Assembly (NCBI GenBank): GCA_052327205.1
Contig: CM126228.1
Coordinates: 22,692,001 to 22,756,000 of the forward strand
Origin: Somniosus microcephalus
Lineage: Eukaryota
Direction of reading: 5' to 3'
Length of the DNA: 64,000 nt
The translations under genes and the position numbers were made by a program. This document shows positions 50,997-64,000 of the stretch, piece after piece. Within the stretch, counting starts at the first letter, position 1. Each line of letters opens with the position of its first letter. The notes under the pieces were generated by a model. It saw only the letters and a list, made by a program, of their open reading frames with translations, searched no databases and was not told the DNA's origin.

Positions 50997-51766
50997 TACC
51001 CAGTAGAAAATTAGCAAGTTCCCAATTTTTTTTCAAAAGAACAGTCACCATCACAAACTAACAACTACCACAAAACCAACTAATCAAATTGCTCAAGTTT
51101 CTTCACAGTTTTCAGGTGCCATATTCAGGCAATGTTGACAGCTAGGAATTAACAATTATATTTTTGTCTACGTAACAGCAGTAACTGCCCTTCAAATCAA
51201 TTCATTGTATGTGAAATACTTTGGGATGTCTTGAGAGTTATGATGTAAGACATTTTAAGTGCAAGTTCTTTCTTGTGACACAAATCCATAAAAAAAATGA
51301 ACAATACTGGAAAAAAAGTAAATGACTAACCTTAACCATGAAGATGTATGTTTAATGTTATAAATACCTGCTTCAGTCGGAGATTTCACTTGGGCCTTTG
51401 TGATGCTGATTTCCAGCTGTTGTGTGATTCTTCATGGGCGGGATTGTTTTCACCAACTCCTGAGGAACTACAATACCCAGCGTGTACTAAAACAAGCTAT
51501 GACACATGACAACTAGATTAAAAAAGGCTCAAGGAATGATCCTTTGGAGAAATTCTTTGTCTGAGAATTTAGCTTTCACCCTATAATAGCCATATGTACT
51601 GTAACAACGTGGTAGAAAATTTGCAAAGAATAACTAAGACACAAGCAGCACTTATCAACAACACAATTCACAAGAACTAATAATCATCCTATGAGCAGAG
51701 TAAAAATTCAATATAATGTAAGTAATTGGGAATAAATGGTTTGGTGGAGGAACATTATTGGGAATA

Positions 51767-52100
51767 CAGGAAACTTTCGTTTAACCAGAGGTTAAAAGTC
51801 CGGAAAGCTCTATCTACCGGCAAAATTCAGGAGCCGTTTTCTATAAGTTTTTTTACTTCTCGTTGCTTTTTTTTGTTCCCCAGTCAGGCTCTGCAAGGTC
51901 TGTAGCTAAGCAACAGCTTCAGCTAGAGACGCTTGCAGCTGCAGCCAACTGTTTTGAAGCTGTTGCTAAGCAACAGGGTTTGTTGATTCACACGGAGCTG
52001 AAAAGCTCTATGTTTCAACATTAGCGCTGGTTTATACGGCAGTTTTGATCTAACGGCACCAGCTCGGTCCCGTCAGTACTGGATACCAGAAAGTTTCCTG
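51767..52100. mobile_element. MITE family B, copy 4
   Basis: Same TIRs and TA TSD. Confidence 0.9.
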
Positions 52101-52139
52101 TACAGGTAATTGGTTTGGAGAAGGAAAGACAATAAAGAG

Positions 52140-52550
52140 AAAGAAAGACTTGATTTATATAGCACCTTTCACGACTTCAGGACATCCCAAAGCACTTTAT
52201 GGCCAATGAAATACTTTTGAAGTGTAGTCACTGCTGCAACATAGGAAACACAGCAGCCTATTTGCACACAGCAAGCTCCCACGAACAAATGAAATAGATG
52301 ATCAGATCATCTGTTTCAGGTGTTGGTTGAGGGATAAATGGTGGCCAGAACACTGGGAGAACTCCACTGCTGTTCTTCAAATAGTGCTGTGGGATCTTTT
52401 ACGTCCACCTGAGAGGGCAGCCAGAGCCTAATTTTAATGCCTCATCCAAAAGACAACACCGAAGTGCCAGCCTAGATTATGTGCTCAGGACTCTGAAGTG
52501 GGGCTTGAATCCACAACCTTCGGACTCTGAGACAAGAGTCAAGGCAGACA
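52140..52550 (-). mobile_element. DeuSINE (SacSINE1-like)
   Basis: Colinear with the other copies. Confidence 0.85.
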
Positions 52551-52684
52551 GCTCGTTGCCTTGAAAACGTATTTGTACCATGAACCAGATTTTGTAAAAT
52601 GGCATGTAAATAGTATTATAAATATATCTGAGGCATCGCATCTTTCACTATCTGTAGGGTATATTTTTTTTTTACTTTGTATTA

Positions 52685-53019
52685 CAGGAAACTTTGTGCT
52701 ATCCGGCACCCACGGGACCGAGCTGCTGCCGTTGCCTCAAAACTGCCGTACTCTCCAGAGTTAATGTTGAGAGATACAGAGATTCTTATCTCCGTATTTG
52801 ACAACAAACACTGTTGCTTAGCAACAGCTTCTAAACACTCGGGTGTGGCCTGCAAGCTCTGTAGCTGAAGCTGTTGCTATAGCTACAGACCTTGCACAGC
52901 TTGACTGTTCAAACAAAGCAACAAAAAAAAACAAACAAAGAATAAAAAACGGCTGCTGATTTTTGCCGGTGGCTCCAGATTGCCGGATAGCTCACCTCCG
53001 GATAGCACAAAGTTTCCTG
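52685..53019. mobile_element. MITE family B, copy 5 (opposite orientation)
   Basis: TIR CAGGAAACTTTGTGCTATCCGG is perfect at both ends. TA TSD. Confidence 0.9.
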
Positions 53020-53134
53020 TAGTAGTGATATATTTCATCAGTAAATTTGCTGCATTTTGGCAATAGACAAAGCACAGTTGTATTTGGGCTGCAATAAACA
53101 TCATACTGCATTCCAGTTCCTGGACTACTGGAGA

Positions 53135-53790
53135 TTTATTCTTGTCCACTGTACACCCTTTTCCCATAAAAGATTACAGCACAGAAGGTGCCACGTCACC
53201 ACCTTGTGTCTGTGCCAGCTCTTTTCTAGAGCAATCCAGAATTGATCCCATTGCCTCACCCTCTCCCCATAGCCCTGTGTCGTCTTCTGCTTCAAATAGT
53301 TAGCCAATTTTATCTTAATGGATCCAGTGGTTTATGCCTGAATCACACTCTGACAAAGCAGTCCATGCTCCAATAGCTTTCCCTGTTTAAAAACAAAAAT
53401 CTCCTAACCATTCTTAGTGACCATTTTAAATTGATGACCTCTTTGGCAATGACTCCTCACTCGGAGGAAATAATCTTTCAAAACCCTAATTTAAAGAACT
53501 TCAATTAAATCTCCTTGCCTTTCTCTGCTCCATTAGAAATAGTCCCTAGTTTCCTACCTCTATCATTCTGCTGAATCTACGCTGTATACAATCTATGGAT
53601 TTAATGTCCATTCTATAATAGGATGCCCAAAACTGCGCACACTACTACAGTATGGCCCAACCTATGCCTTGTACAAATTTATCATTACTTCTTTACTCTA
53701 ATAGTCAATGCCCCAATTTCTAAAAATCCAAATGTGTTTGTTTTTTTATGGCTTTCTATACCTGTACTCTCATTTCCTGGGAATTAAGTT
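53135..53790 (-). mobile_element. Old CR1 LINE 3' fragment
   Basis: Similar to 39285-40130. Confidence 0.65.
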
Positions 53791-54350
53791 CCCAACACTG
53801 CACACCCAAGACCCCGGGCACCATACTTCTACATCCCAACACCTCCATTCCTCCCACATCTCTAGTCCGCCCTCCCAACACTAGTAACACCAAAATATCC
53901 CTCCCCCCCATACTTCTGCACACTTCCTACTTACCTGCAATTCGGAGCATCTCTGTATCTGCCTGCATTCATCGACATTTTTTAAAATAAATATTAATTT
54001 TATCCACAAATGAACCAAAATACAATTGCTCTCTCGTTCGCAAACGTTTTCTTTTTTGTCATAATTACATCTTTTATCCTTCAAAGCCATAATCCATCTT
54101 TTACACCTTCCACTATTCAGTGTAGTTGTAGACTTCCCTTGTAAAGCATCTTCCAATTTAGTGAGCAATGCTAGGGGAGATCCACTAGTAATTAATAAAT
54201 AAAAATGAGCGTGATGCACGTTATTAGAAAAGTCCATCTGTTGTGGGATTTTCACCCTATTTTGTATAATCAGTTAAATCTCTGGTGTTTGATTAATTTT
54301 ACACACTAAATTCCTATGTATTTTCCAAGTTGGTTTTTGTTATTTTATAG

Positions 54351-54533
<183 letters not shown>

Positions 54534-56083
54534 TGAAATAACAGTTATTAGAATTAATCATTGCTGTTTTGTTTTGATATTGAGTACATGTTAATCTGTG
54601 ATTTCCTGAACATCGGCACATGGGCCTTGTGTTTCTTTTGGTCTTTGAAATTTTGTACAAGATGTACATAAAAGAAATATTAATAAAACATTAAACTAAT
54701 GACACTACTAGAACTCTGGCAAATATTTCTGTTGTTAACCAGATTTAATATACTATCAGATCTCCTGTGGTGTTGTTCAGGCTAAGTCAGATAATGTGTT
54801 GCTTTATAATGACCATGTGAAGTGTCCTGTGGTGTTCTGTTGCTAAGGTGGAACTATGTTTAAGTTGGCCTATAATTTTTAAAGGCACCAAGTCTAATTG
54901 CTGTAAATAAGCAGATGCCTAAGCTCACTTAAAATGTAAATGCTGAAGGAAATTTTCAGATTTCCAAATACTTGTAAAGTTCCCGCTCCAGGTCAATGTG
55001 CAGACTTCTGAGAGAAGCAAATAACCGAGCATGAAGGAATATGTCTTTTTTTTTAATTGTTCTGTTGTACTGTAATCTTTGTTTTATCCAGAATGAGATG
55101 GGTGCATTCAAAAGTTTTTTTTGTTTTTTTTTATTTAAAGTTGATCTCCCATGATATATTAATCACAGGTGGTCTAAAACATGTTTGTAATGCTTAGCTC
55201 CTAACCTGGGTTGCCCCTTTTAAGGCCAGTGCTCGGGTAGTTCCTGTGGGCAAGTGGCCTACGTGGGTCCTGAGGTCAATCGGAGTGGATTCACTGTTTG
55301 GTAAGGGACATTTGCACATTACCAGGCATGTTGAAATTTCCAGCTTCAGGCCAGAAAAAAAACAGCATTGTCTTTCTTTGTGCTGCTAACATTCTGAACT
55401 GTGATGTCTGGAGTATAACTTGTCTTTAAACTTTGTTATAAAAAGATTGCCATTCCCCACCCAAGACTGCATACAATCTGCTCCTAGAGTTTCTACCAAT
55501 GTACTCTAAAAGAGTGCAAGAGTGATCAGGGTTAATTCTGTCCCTTACTGGAATCCCATTGTGCTGCACTACTGGCCTATTAATTTCAGTTTTTAACTTT
55601 AGTGACACATTGGAGATTTTCCAGTGTCTGCTTGCGTGTCTGCGCATGTTTTATTTGCTGTGAATTGTTGGAATTATTGATGAACCAGTGTGCAAGTCAG
55701 TGTCACTGCAACAAAGCACAAAATCCAGTAGGTGGCAACGGTGGCATTGACTGGAGTGGATGCTGTTGAGTGGCGAAAATCTAATCTTCAGATCCAAAGC
55801 GCAAACTTCCAATCGGGAATCAGTCTCTCTCTCTCTCCCTCCCTCCTTTTAAAGATGTGTTTTATTTGAACACTTTGAACTTATATGGCCTATTTAAATG
55901 CAAATAACGTGAGCAGTACATCAAGAGCACACATTGGATGTTATTTCAGAACTATTACCGAGGGAGTTAGTTGGGCCATTCAGTTACATACTGATTTTTT
56001 TACCTGTAGGACCTGAATTTAAATCCAGCCCAGGATGATGGGATGAAAATTTCCATCTGTTGGCATTAAAACTGTCTCCCTAA

Positions 56084-56293
<210 letters not shown>

Positions 56294-56355
56294 TAATTTT
56301 CCTGAATTTTGTTACAGCATTTTATTACAATCCTTATTAATTCTATTCTGTTTAG

Positions 56356-56408
56356 GCCAAACCATACAAGAACGATCCAGAGATTCTTGCAATGACAAAT
56401 TTAGTAAG
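56356..56408 (+). CDS. COPS2: COPS2 exon 9
   Basis: gtttag|AKPYKNDPEILAMTNLV-S|gtaagt. Confidence 0.96.
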
Positions 56409-58361
56409 GTAAGTCACTCTGTGTACAAGAGTGTAAAAATATAACACTTTTTTTCCTGTGTGCTGTGCGCAATTTACAAACCATAGAATGAAATTAAATA
56501 ATTTTAGATATGAGATCTGGTTTACGGTTTAGAATGTGCTCTTTTTCTCCCATTTTGAGGTAGCATTTTTCATAAGGCTAGTAATTATTAAGTTAGTGCT
56601 TTCATTGCTGTTGTATTGGAAGCAATAAGTTGGAGGAAATTGTTGCTGTCCATGTCTGCAAGTGAAGACTTTATTGGAATCGTTGGGTGAAAATCAAATT
56701 GCTGCAATTAAGCAAAACCTATCGAGCGTGAATTATACATTAGGAGTACACTAGTGCCTGAGAAAATGTCCTGAAGAAGCCGAAGATAGATACATTTAAG
56801 GTAGGCTATTTGACTGATCTTGGCTCACCTATTTGGAAAGACCTTGCTCTCTTTCCCCCAATCATAATATCCAACTGTTTATTAATTAATTGCAGGTTTT
56901 TTGCCTCCACTACCATACCCAAAAGCCCACTCCCTGCATGAAGATAAACATCCTGACATTGTACCTAAATTGACTTTTAGTGGTTTGAACCTGTGTCTCC
57001 TTGGCCTCAATATTGAATTGAAGCTACATGATATTTGAATTTTCAACAGTATTTTACTGAAGCGCTTTGTTGTGCAATATTTTCTAATAGTGTTGAGGTT
57101 TAACTATTCTGTTCTGAAGGGAAGCATTTGACATTCTTTAAAAACAAAGTAACTGGTGACTGTTAAAACATTTCGTCTGCCCAATTTCTAACAAGTGGAA
57201 AATTGTATCATTTCTAATCAACTGGATCTTCTCTAGAATGTTGCATAAGCTGTATGAAAATGACCATTGATTGGTTAAATGAAAAACAGGATAGTAAATC
57301 TTGCATATCAAAATGTGAAATTGCATGTCTGCAATTAGCGTTCTGGTTGAATAAAATGTGATGTGGTATACTTGGTCTTAAATAGGAATTTAAATTTAAC
57401 CTGCACTTGAAGAAAAAGGTTCCAATTAAAAATCTATTATTCCTATGCAAAAAAGCCAGAATATTTAGTAGAAAATATTAGCAAATATTATAATAGGTTT
57501 ACTTAAAACTGTAATTCAGACAATCTGACATTTTGCATTGTATAGCTACATCTGTTTCAGTTTAGTGAACTATGGCTGACTTTTACATAAAATTAAAAGC
57601 AGATATGGTTTTAAATGGGCTTAAAGTCATAATTGAGATCAGGGTAGTTACCAGAAAATGAATTTGAGTGCGCTTGCCTTCAGTTTGATGAAGTTACTTA
57701 AGTAGTCCTGTTAATGAACACTGGAGAATAGATTAATTCTAGTCATTTAGAAGTGAAGATAAATTGGCAGTTTTTGATGGGAGTGTGCTGATTTACAGTG
57801 TAAGCCGCTTGTAATGGGCTGATCCTTGTGACTTGATTTGACTGACTTAACTAAAGTCCAGTATAACCAAGGAAGACGCTGTCTGATGACTGCTATTCTG
57901 AATGCTTAAAATTGTATTAACGTAGGTACTCATCAGTTCTTTGATCAATCAGCTAAATAACTTATGTGAGTGAATACTGGGTTCAGACACCATTTAAGAG
58001 CTCAAACTCTGGTAGTTACGTCTGTGTTATCAGCAAAATGGAACAGAATGATTCCAGGTATCATCAATTTCTGGCTAATTTACATTTTCCACAGCCATAA
58101 TTAATTTAAATTTTTTTAAAAATTAGATGCTCAAACCAATATACCTGTCCACTATAAACAGACGAAACATACTTTAATCCATTTAATTTGGGGAAATAGT
58201 CTTGTTCACCTAATTTTCTCGACAAACAGCAAACGTTATAAATGGGGTACACTGTATTAATAGTTGTACTACAGACTGGCAGGCAAAAAGACCTGCTCCT
58301 AGCAGAAAAACAAAGTTCTGATTAGGGAAAATTGAAGTTATCAAGTATGCTGTTTTCTCAG

Positions 58362-58459
58362 TGCCTATCAAAATAATGACATCACTGAATTTGAGAAGAT
58401 TCTGAAAACCAATCACAGTAACATCATGGATGACCCCTTCATAAGGGAACACATAGAAG
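58362..58459 (+). CDS. COPS2: COPS2 exon 10
   Basis: tctcag|[33 protein letters not shown]|gtatgg. PCI domain. Confidence 0.97.
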
Positions 58460-59834
58460 GTATGGCTCAAATATATATGTAACTTACTAAGTAAAGTGTT
58501 TATATGCATGTATTTCCAAAATCTATGCTGTGAATTGTTTGTCCCCCAATATTACTTTTGGGAAATGTTTATACGACGATAACTGCAGTGGCATTATTGC
58601 AAAGAATTTAACGTGCTGAGGGAATTTCTGAAAGCAAGGATTCCCTTTAGTGTACTACAGTCAAATACACGTGTATTTCATTGGCATTTTTCCCTGCAAA
58701 TTACATTTTGCATACAGGCAAACATAAGTAATGTAACTGGTCAATTGTAGTGATGATCAAAGAGAGCTGCAAAGATTAGGAATACTGCCTTCAATAGGAT
58801 TGAACTATCACTGCTTACAGGTACAGTATAAAAACTGGCGTGTTTCATGGACAAGATGAACTCCAGGACATCAGGGATGATGGGAGATAAACTAGGGAAA
58901 GACACTGGTTCAGGGTTAGGTCAGGGTGAGCCACGCAGGGAGTTTGGCTTTGTGGGCAAAGGGAAGGGGGGGATGCGGCAGAGGTAGCTGAACAGGTGTT
59001 CTCGATCTTCGGGACAAAGAGGTCTATAAGCTCCTGCACTTGCTGTTAGAGGGGGTATTGGAGAGGGGTCTAAGGAGATGATTGGTACTGCAGAAAATAA
59101 GCCAGGGGTTATTTTTGCCTTATTAGATAATCCTGGAGTAATGAACGGTTTTGGCAGAGGAGAGCAAGGCCCAATAGTGGTTGACGTGATCCAGATAGAT
59201 CTGATGATGTATGAGTAAACCACTTGTGTGCCAGCTTTACTCAAGTCTGCGTCCCTTGGACTTGAGGGAGCCAATATGGATTTTCTGGAGTTTCATGCAG
59301 TTATTAAGTGTTTGGATCCCTATTTCGGGGGTGTTACAGGCACACATTTGCTAAGGCATTTTCCATAATTGTTTGATCCCATTTGCAATTACACTTTTGG
59401 AAGGGAAGTGCACATCCTAGCACAATAATGACCCTCCTTTCCCACCTTCAAAAAAAAAGCTATGTTCCCTGTAAAGGTCTTATAAAGAAGCAGTTGATGA
59501 CTATCCTGGAAACATGAAGATTGTTCTGTGGCAGCTGGGCCCACCTCCACTTCATGTCCAAGTGAATAGAGCTTGTGGTCACAGTTCTTGTTGATCACAC
59601 CAGGAATTAAGTACACAGACACTTGAGAAATAAACTGAAGTTCACACATCATGAACAATTTGTGTTTCATTATTCTGTGTTTTGGATTTAAGGTTTTCTA
59701 ACTCCTGTGGCTAAATTGGTTAATGTACTCCTCTCGAACTGAGCCACACAGACTAAAGATCCAACGTTTGATTCTACTTTTAGCTCAGTCAGGTCAGCAA
59801 TAGGGGTGCTACAATTAGTCTCAAAATCACAGGA

Positions 59835-59985
59835 ATAAAAACAGAAAATGCTGGAAACACAGTGCTAATGACAGGTAATCAACCTGAACAGTTAAGCCAA
59901 CCTTCCTCTCTACAGATGCTGCCTGACCTGCTGAGTGTTTCCAACAGTTTCTGTTTTTATTTCAGATTTCGAGCATTTGCAGTTT
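59835..59985. mobile_element. Penelope-like terminal remnant (partly palindromic)
   Basis: aaaacagaaaatgctggaaacac ... gtgtttccaacagtttctgttttt. Same family as 17407 and 28734. Confidence 0.7.
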
Positions 59986-60394
59986 TTTTTTTGCTTTATT
60001 CAATATCCATGGGCTAGCGAGGGCAATTTGTTTCTTTTCTGATCAATGCACCATTGGAGTTAACATATACATACTATTTTTGGTTCCTTGTTGCACTATA
60101 CTTCCCACTTTGAACTGCATCTGCCACCTATTGCCCAGCTGCCTTGTAAAATCCAAATCATACTTTTGTATTAAAATCTTGCATGCAGAGGACTTTCTCT
60201 TAAGTGGTGGAGAATATAGTCTTGAATGTATTATGCAGAACAAAGGTATACGATAAAATGCAGCTATTTGCATGCTAACACTATACAATGTAACATGAAA
60301 CTCAGAAGCCAAAGTTCAGTAGCCTGTTGACTGTTAAGTGAGAATGTACTGCCCAAACGAGTGTATTGTTTACGTTTTTTCTTCCTCTTAGTAA

Positions 60395-60869
<475 letters not shown>

Positions 60870-61665
60870 TAGTTGTCGGCTATGACTCAATATTCATTTA
60901 GAAGAAAAGAAGTCCAAAGTTGAATACCTTCAGGATTCAGATCCCATTTCTGATTTGGCATTCAATCATCCAAATTTCAATACTATTCATTTCCAAACTT
61001 TTAGCTAATCATCATAATTAGTTGAACTATTTTATTAGACCAATATAATTTTTTTGCATGCCAATTTAAAATGAATTGGTGATAACCAAATTTAAAGCAC
61101 CTATATATAGACTGGAAATTTTATGTTCAATTTTGTAGGCACTAATGGACTATAAATGCTGAATAATTGGTCAACTGGGCCATAGAATGATGCAGAAGAG
61201 ACTGCAAAGATCAGTCTTGCTATTTAGAATGTGCTGGCTGATCATGGAGCAGCATTATTGACAGCAGTGGAAAGTATTTGGATCATCTCATCTCTTGCTC
61301 TCTGGTCATAGAGAAGCTATGAGAGTGGGAGTTGGAAATGTTTGCATGTTCTCTGAAATAGAGTCCAGGAGGCTATTAACAGGATAAAATGAGTTGAATT
61401 AGTATCTATCGATTTTTCACTCTAGCTTTATTGCCCTCTTTGACTTTTTACACTTTTCACTTCTTATATGCACCTCCAGTGTTGCTGCTTTCAATTAGTT
61501 CTGCAAACCTTGTGTGCTTTCCATCTGCTCACGTATGAATCAAATTTAGATGGAACAGAAAATTAAGCATTACACCTTTAGTGACATCCAATTTATTTTT
61601 ATTGGCAAGTTTTGAAATTTTCTGTAATCCCTTATTCCCTTTTATCAAACCTGTTTTTGCCCCAG

Positions 61666-61724
61666 GAGTTGAACATAGATGTAGCTGATGTAGAGAGCTT
61701 GTTGGTGCAGTGCATATTGGACAA
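61666..61724 (+). CDS. COPS2: COPS2 exon 12
   Basis: ccccag|[20 protein letters not shown]|gtaagt. Confidence 0.97.
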
Positions 61725-61990
61725 GTAAGTACTATTTTTGACGATAATGTGTATTTTATTTGAATTTTCTTAAGCTAATTAGTGAAAGATCAGTTAACAG
61801 CAAGAGAACAGTATTGTTTTCTGTTTTCAAATTGGTAACATTTTATTTACAACTACATTAAGCATTGATTGCCTAGAATTTAACATGTTCATTGAATGAT
61901 GTATATTTGTTCAATTTAATTTATTAACTTGGAATTTTAACGTTCTACATACTACAGTTATCAGCAAATAAGAGTCATCAGTAATCTTGA

Positions 61991-62182
<192 letters not shown>

Positions 62183-62744
62183 TGCAATTTAGTCTTCTAC
62201 AATAATCCAATAAGGAAAAGATGCAGTGATGTAAACCTTAAAAACTGAGAATGGCTGAACTGCTGTTGGTTGGCCCTGAAAACTACCAGAGCTATGGCAG
62301 AAGTGCTTTTTGATCAACTGGTTTGTGTTTTGTTGCTGCATTTGTCCCAAGACACAGCTTTAATCTGAAGAAAAACCAAACTGCTACAGGATTTGTGGTA
62401 TATTGGCATCGTGCCCTCCATCATAAGGGAAATGACGGTCAGAGAGCTGTTTGTGTCAAAATTTAAAAACACAGACTCTTCACTTTGGTGACATCTAAAT
62501 ATTTTAGCAGTAGAAAACCTCTCGCCGAAATGTTAAACAAAACCTGCAATAATTTGAAATGTGTACCAGTTTTTTGAAGATTCATTCTTTCATGTACGAT
62601 TTGGCATGTTTGCGTCATTCTGCAAAATGTCTTGACAACTTCCAAATTATGTGGCCCATGAGTTCTCTGTACCTGCAGTGTAGTAAAACTTGAGACAGGA
62701 ACCTTCGTCTGTGGCACACTGTCACATTAGGTTTCAAGCAGCAA

Positions 62745-62750
62745 AATAAA
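62745..62750 (+). terminator. Candidate COPS2 polyadenylation signal (a second AATAAA lies at 63234-63239)
   Basis: AATAAA about 560 nt after the stop, followed by T/GT-rich sequence. Confidence 0.5.
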
Positions 62751-64000
62751 ATACAGCTCAAATTGGAAATGCTGTAATTTTGGAGTGCTTCCATTTGTTT
62801 TTTTTTCTTTCTCAACAATTCATATGAAAACCATGCACATGTTCCATCTCTTTGGCCCCAATAGATCTGCTGCACATACTGTGAAATATAGCGTTTATTC
62901 AGACAAGTCAGGAATTTAATTGGTTTTTCAACAGAAAAAAACTTTTAAGTTTACATTTTTTGACTAGTTTCAAAGTAGTATATTAACTAGCTTAGTACAC
63001 AGAACTGAAAGCACATCATTTGATAGTTTATATTCTGACAATGCGGGACATGTGGGTGTTGTGTGCCATAGTACAAGTTCAACCTTTGCTAAGCTTTAAT
63101 TGGCTGAAGCTATTTAACTGCAATTATTCTTGAGGGTGCTGCCTGTGTGAATAGTCAAAATACAGCACTTTGATTTTGGAATTTGAGTATGGCTTTGTTT
63201 TTTTTAAATGTCTTATTACTGATAAATCAGAAAAATAAACTAGTTATCATAAACTTCCAGTACTCAACATGTTGTTACCCCTGAATTTAATGGACAGACC
63301 TTTTAATTCTTCTATGTTTCCTAGTTAACACTGTTGCCTGTGTTGTCAGGTTAAAAAATAATTCTTATTAATCTTAATGTGCCCATTTGTTTCCTGGTTG
63401 TGCGTCTTGAATGAAGAATGACCTTAATTTTTTATATTCACCTTTTTTGAGGCTTTCATTTTTAATTTTTTTCCTAAACATTTCACACTTTCCATTGCAT
63501 GCTTTGACCTATTTAAAGTTTGGGGTCCTTTTCAAAAGCAAAGTTTTAACTTTTACGTTGAACAGTGCTAAGCATGATGTATGCTGCTGTTAATTTTATT
63601 TATGCCATTGGCATTCCTGTTCTAATTATTTGACAGAAGATAAATGTACATGATTACAAATTCCGATAGTTTATATATGATGTAGAGTTGCAAATGAATT
63701 TATTATACTTAATGTATTTCAGAACATGCTTGAAAGTGAACTTTCTATAAAGACAGCAGAGTACTGATCTGGAACTATCTAAGCATTCCAGATGTAGGTC
63801 ACTACATTTATATTTTGTATTTAAAAGTTTTAATTTATAGTTTGCAACAAAAAAGAATATGCCCAAGCTGAAAGTTTTTCTAGTCTTTTCAGCAACATTA
63901 AAATTTATAATTTTATATTGAATGTTTAGCTTTGCATTAATAGTATTCCAGCTAATTGACAGTTTTATTTTTTTTATACAAATTGTAAGGGTAGCGGTGT

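Overview
Eukaryotic, AT-rich, repeat-dense vertebrate DNA. The repeat content (DeuSINE/SacSINE1-like, HE1/V-SINE-like, CR1/L2 LINEs, Penelope-like elements) points to a cartilaginous fish (shark/ray). It holds a head-to-head gene pair. COPS2 (COP9 signalosome subunit 2) is complete on the + strand: 13 coding exons, 35564-62182, 1332 nt, 443 aa. GALK2 (N-acetylgalactosamine kinase) runs on the - strand: coding exons 1-5 from 35049 down to 1707, with the rest beyond the left edge. The two ATGs are 514 bp apart across a CpG-rich bidirectional promoter containing a 46-bp tandem duplication. Most ORFs in the supplied track are spurious or repeat-derived. The main points for follow-up are: (1) an intact minimal hammerhead-ribozyme core inside a perfect 50-bp inverted repeat, on the GALK2 pre-mRNA strand; (2) exon-like, non-repeat segments in GALK2 introns, two of which resemble each other and one of which carries RxxR/KR motifs, suggesting a nested or decayed 'ghost' gene; (3) a candidate poison exon in COPS2 intron 4; (4) six copies of a TA-flanked MITE, four with an RFX-like palindrome, found only inside COPS2; (5) a near-identical inverted SINE pair. 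All calls come from manual reading and recalled family knowledge. No database searches were run, and repeat boundaries are approximate unless TIRs or TSDs are given.
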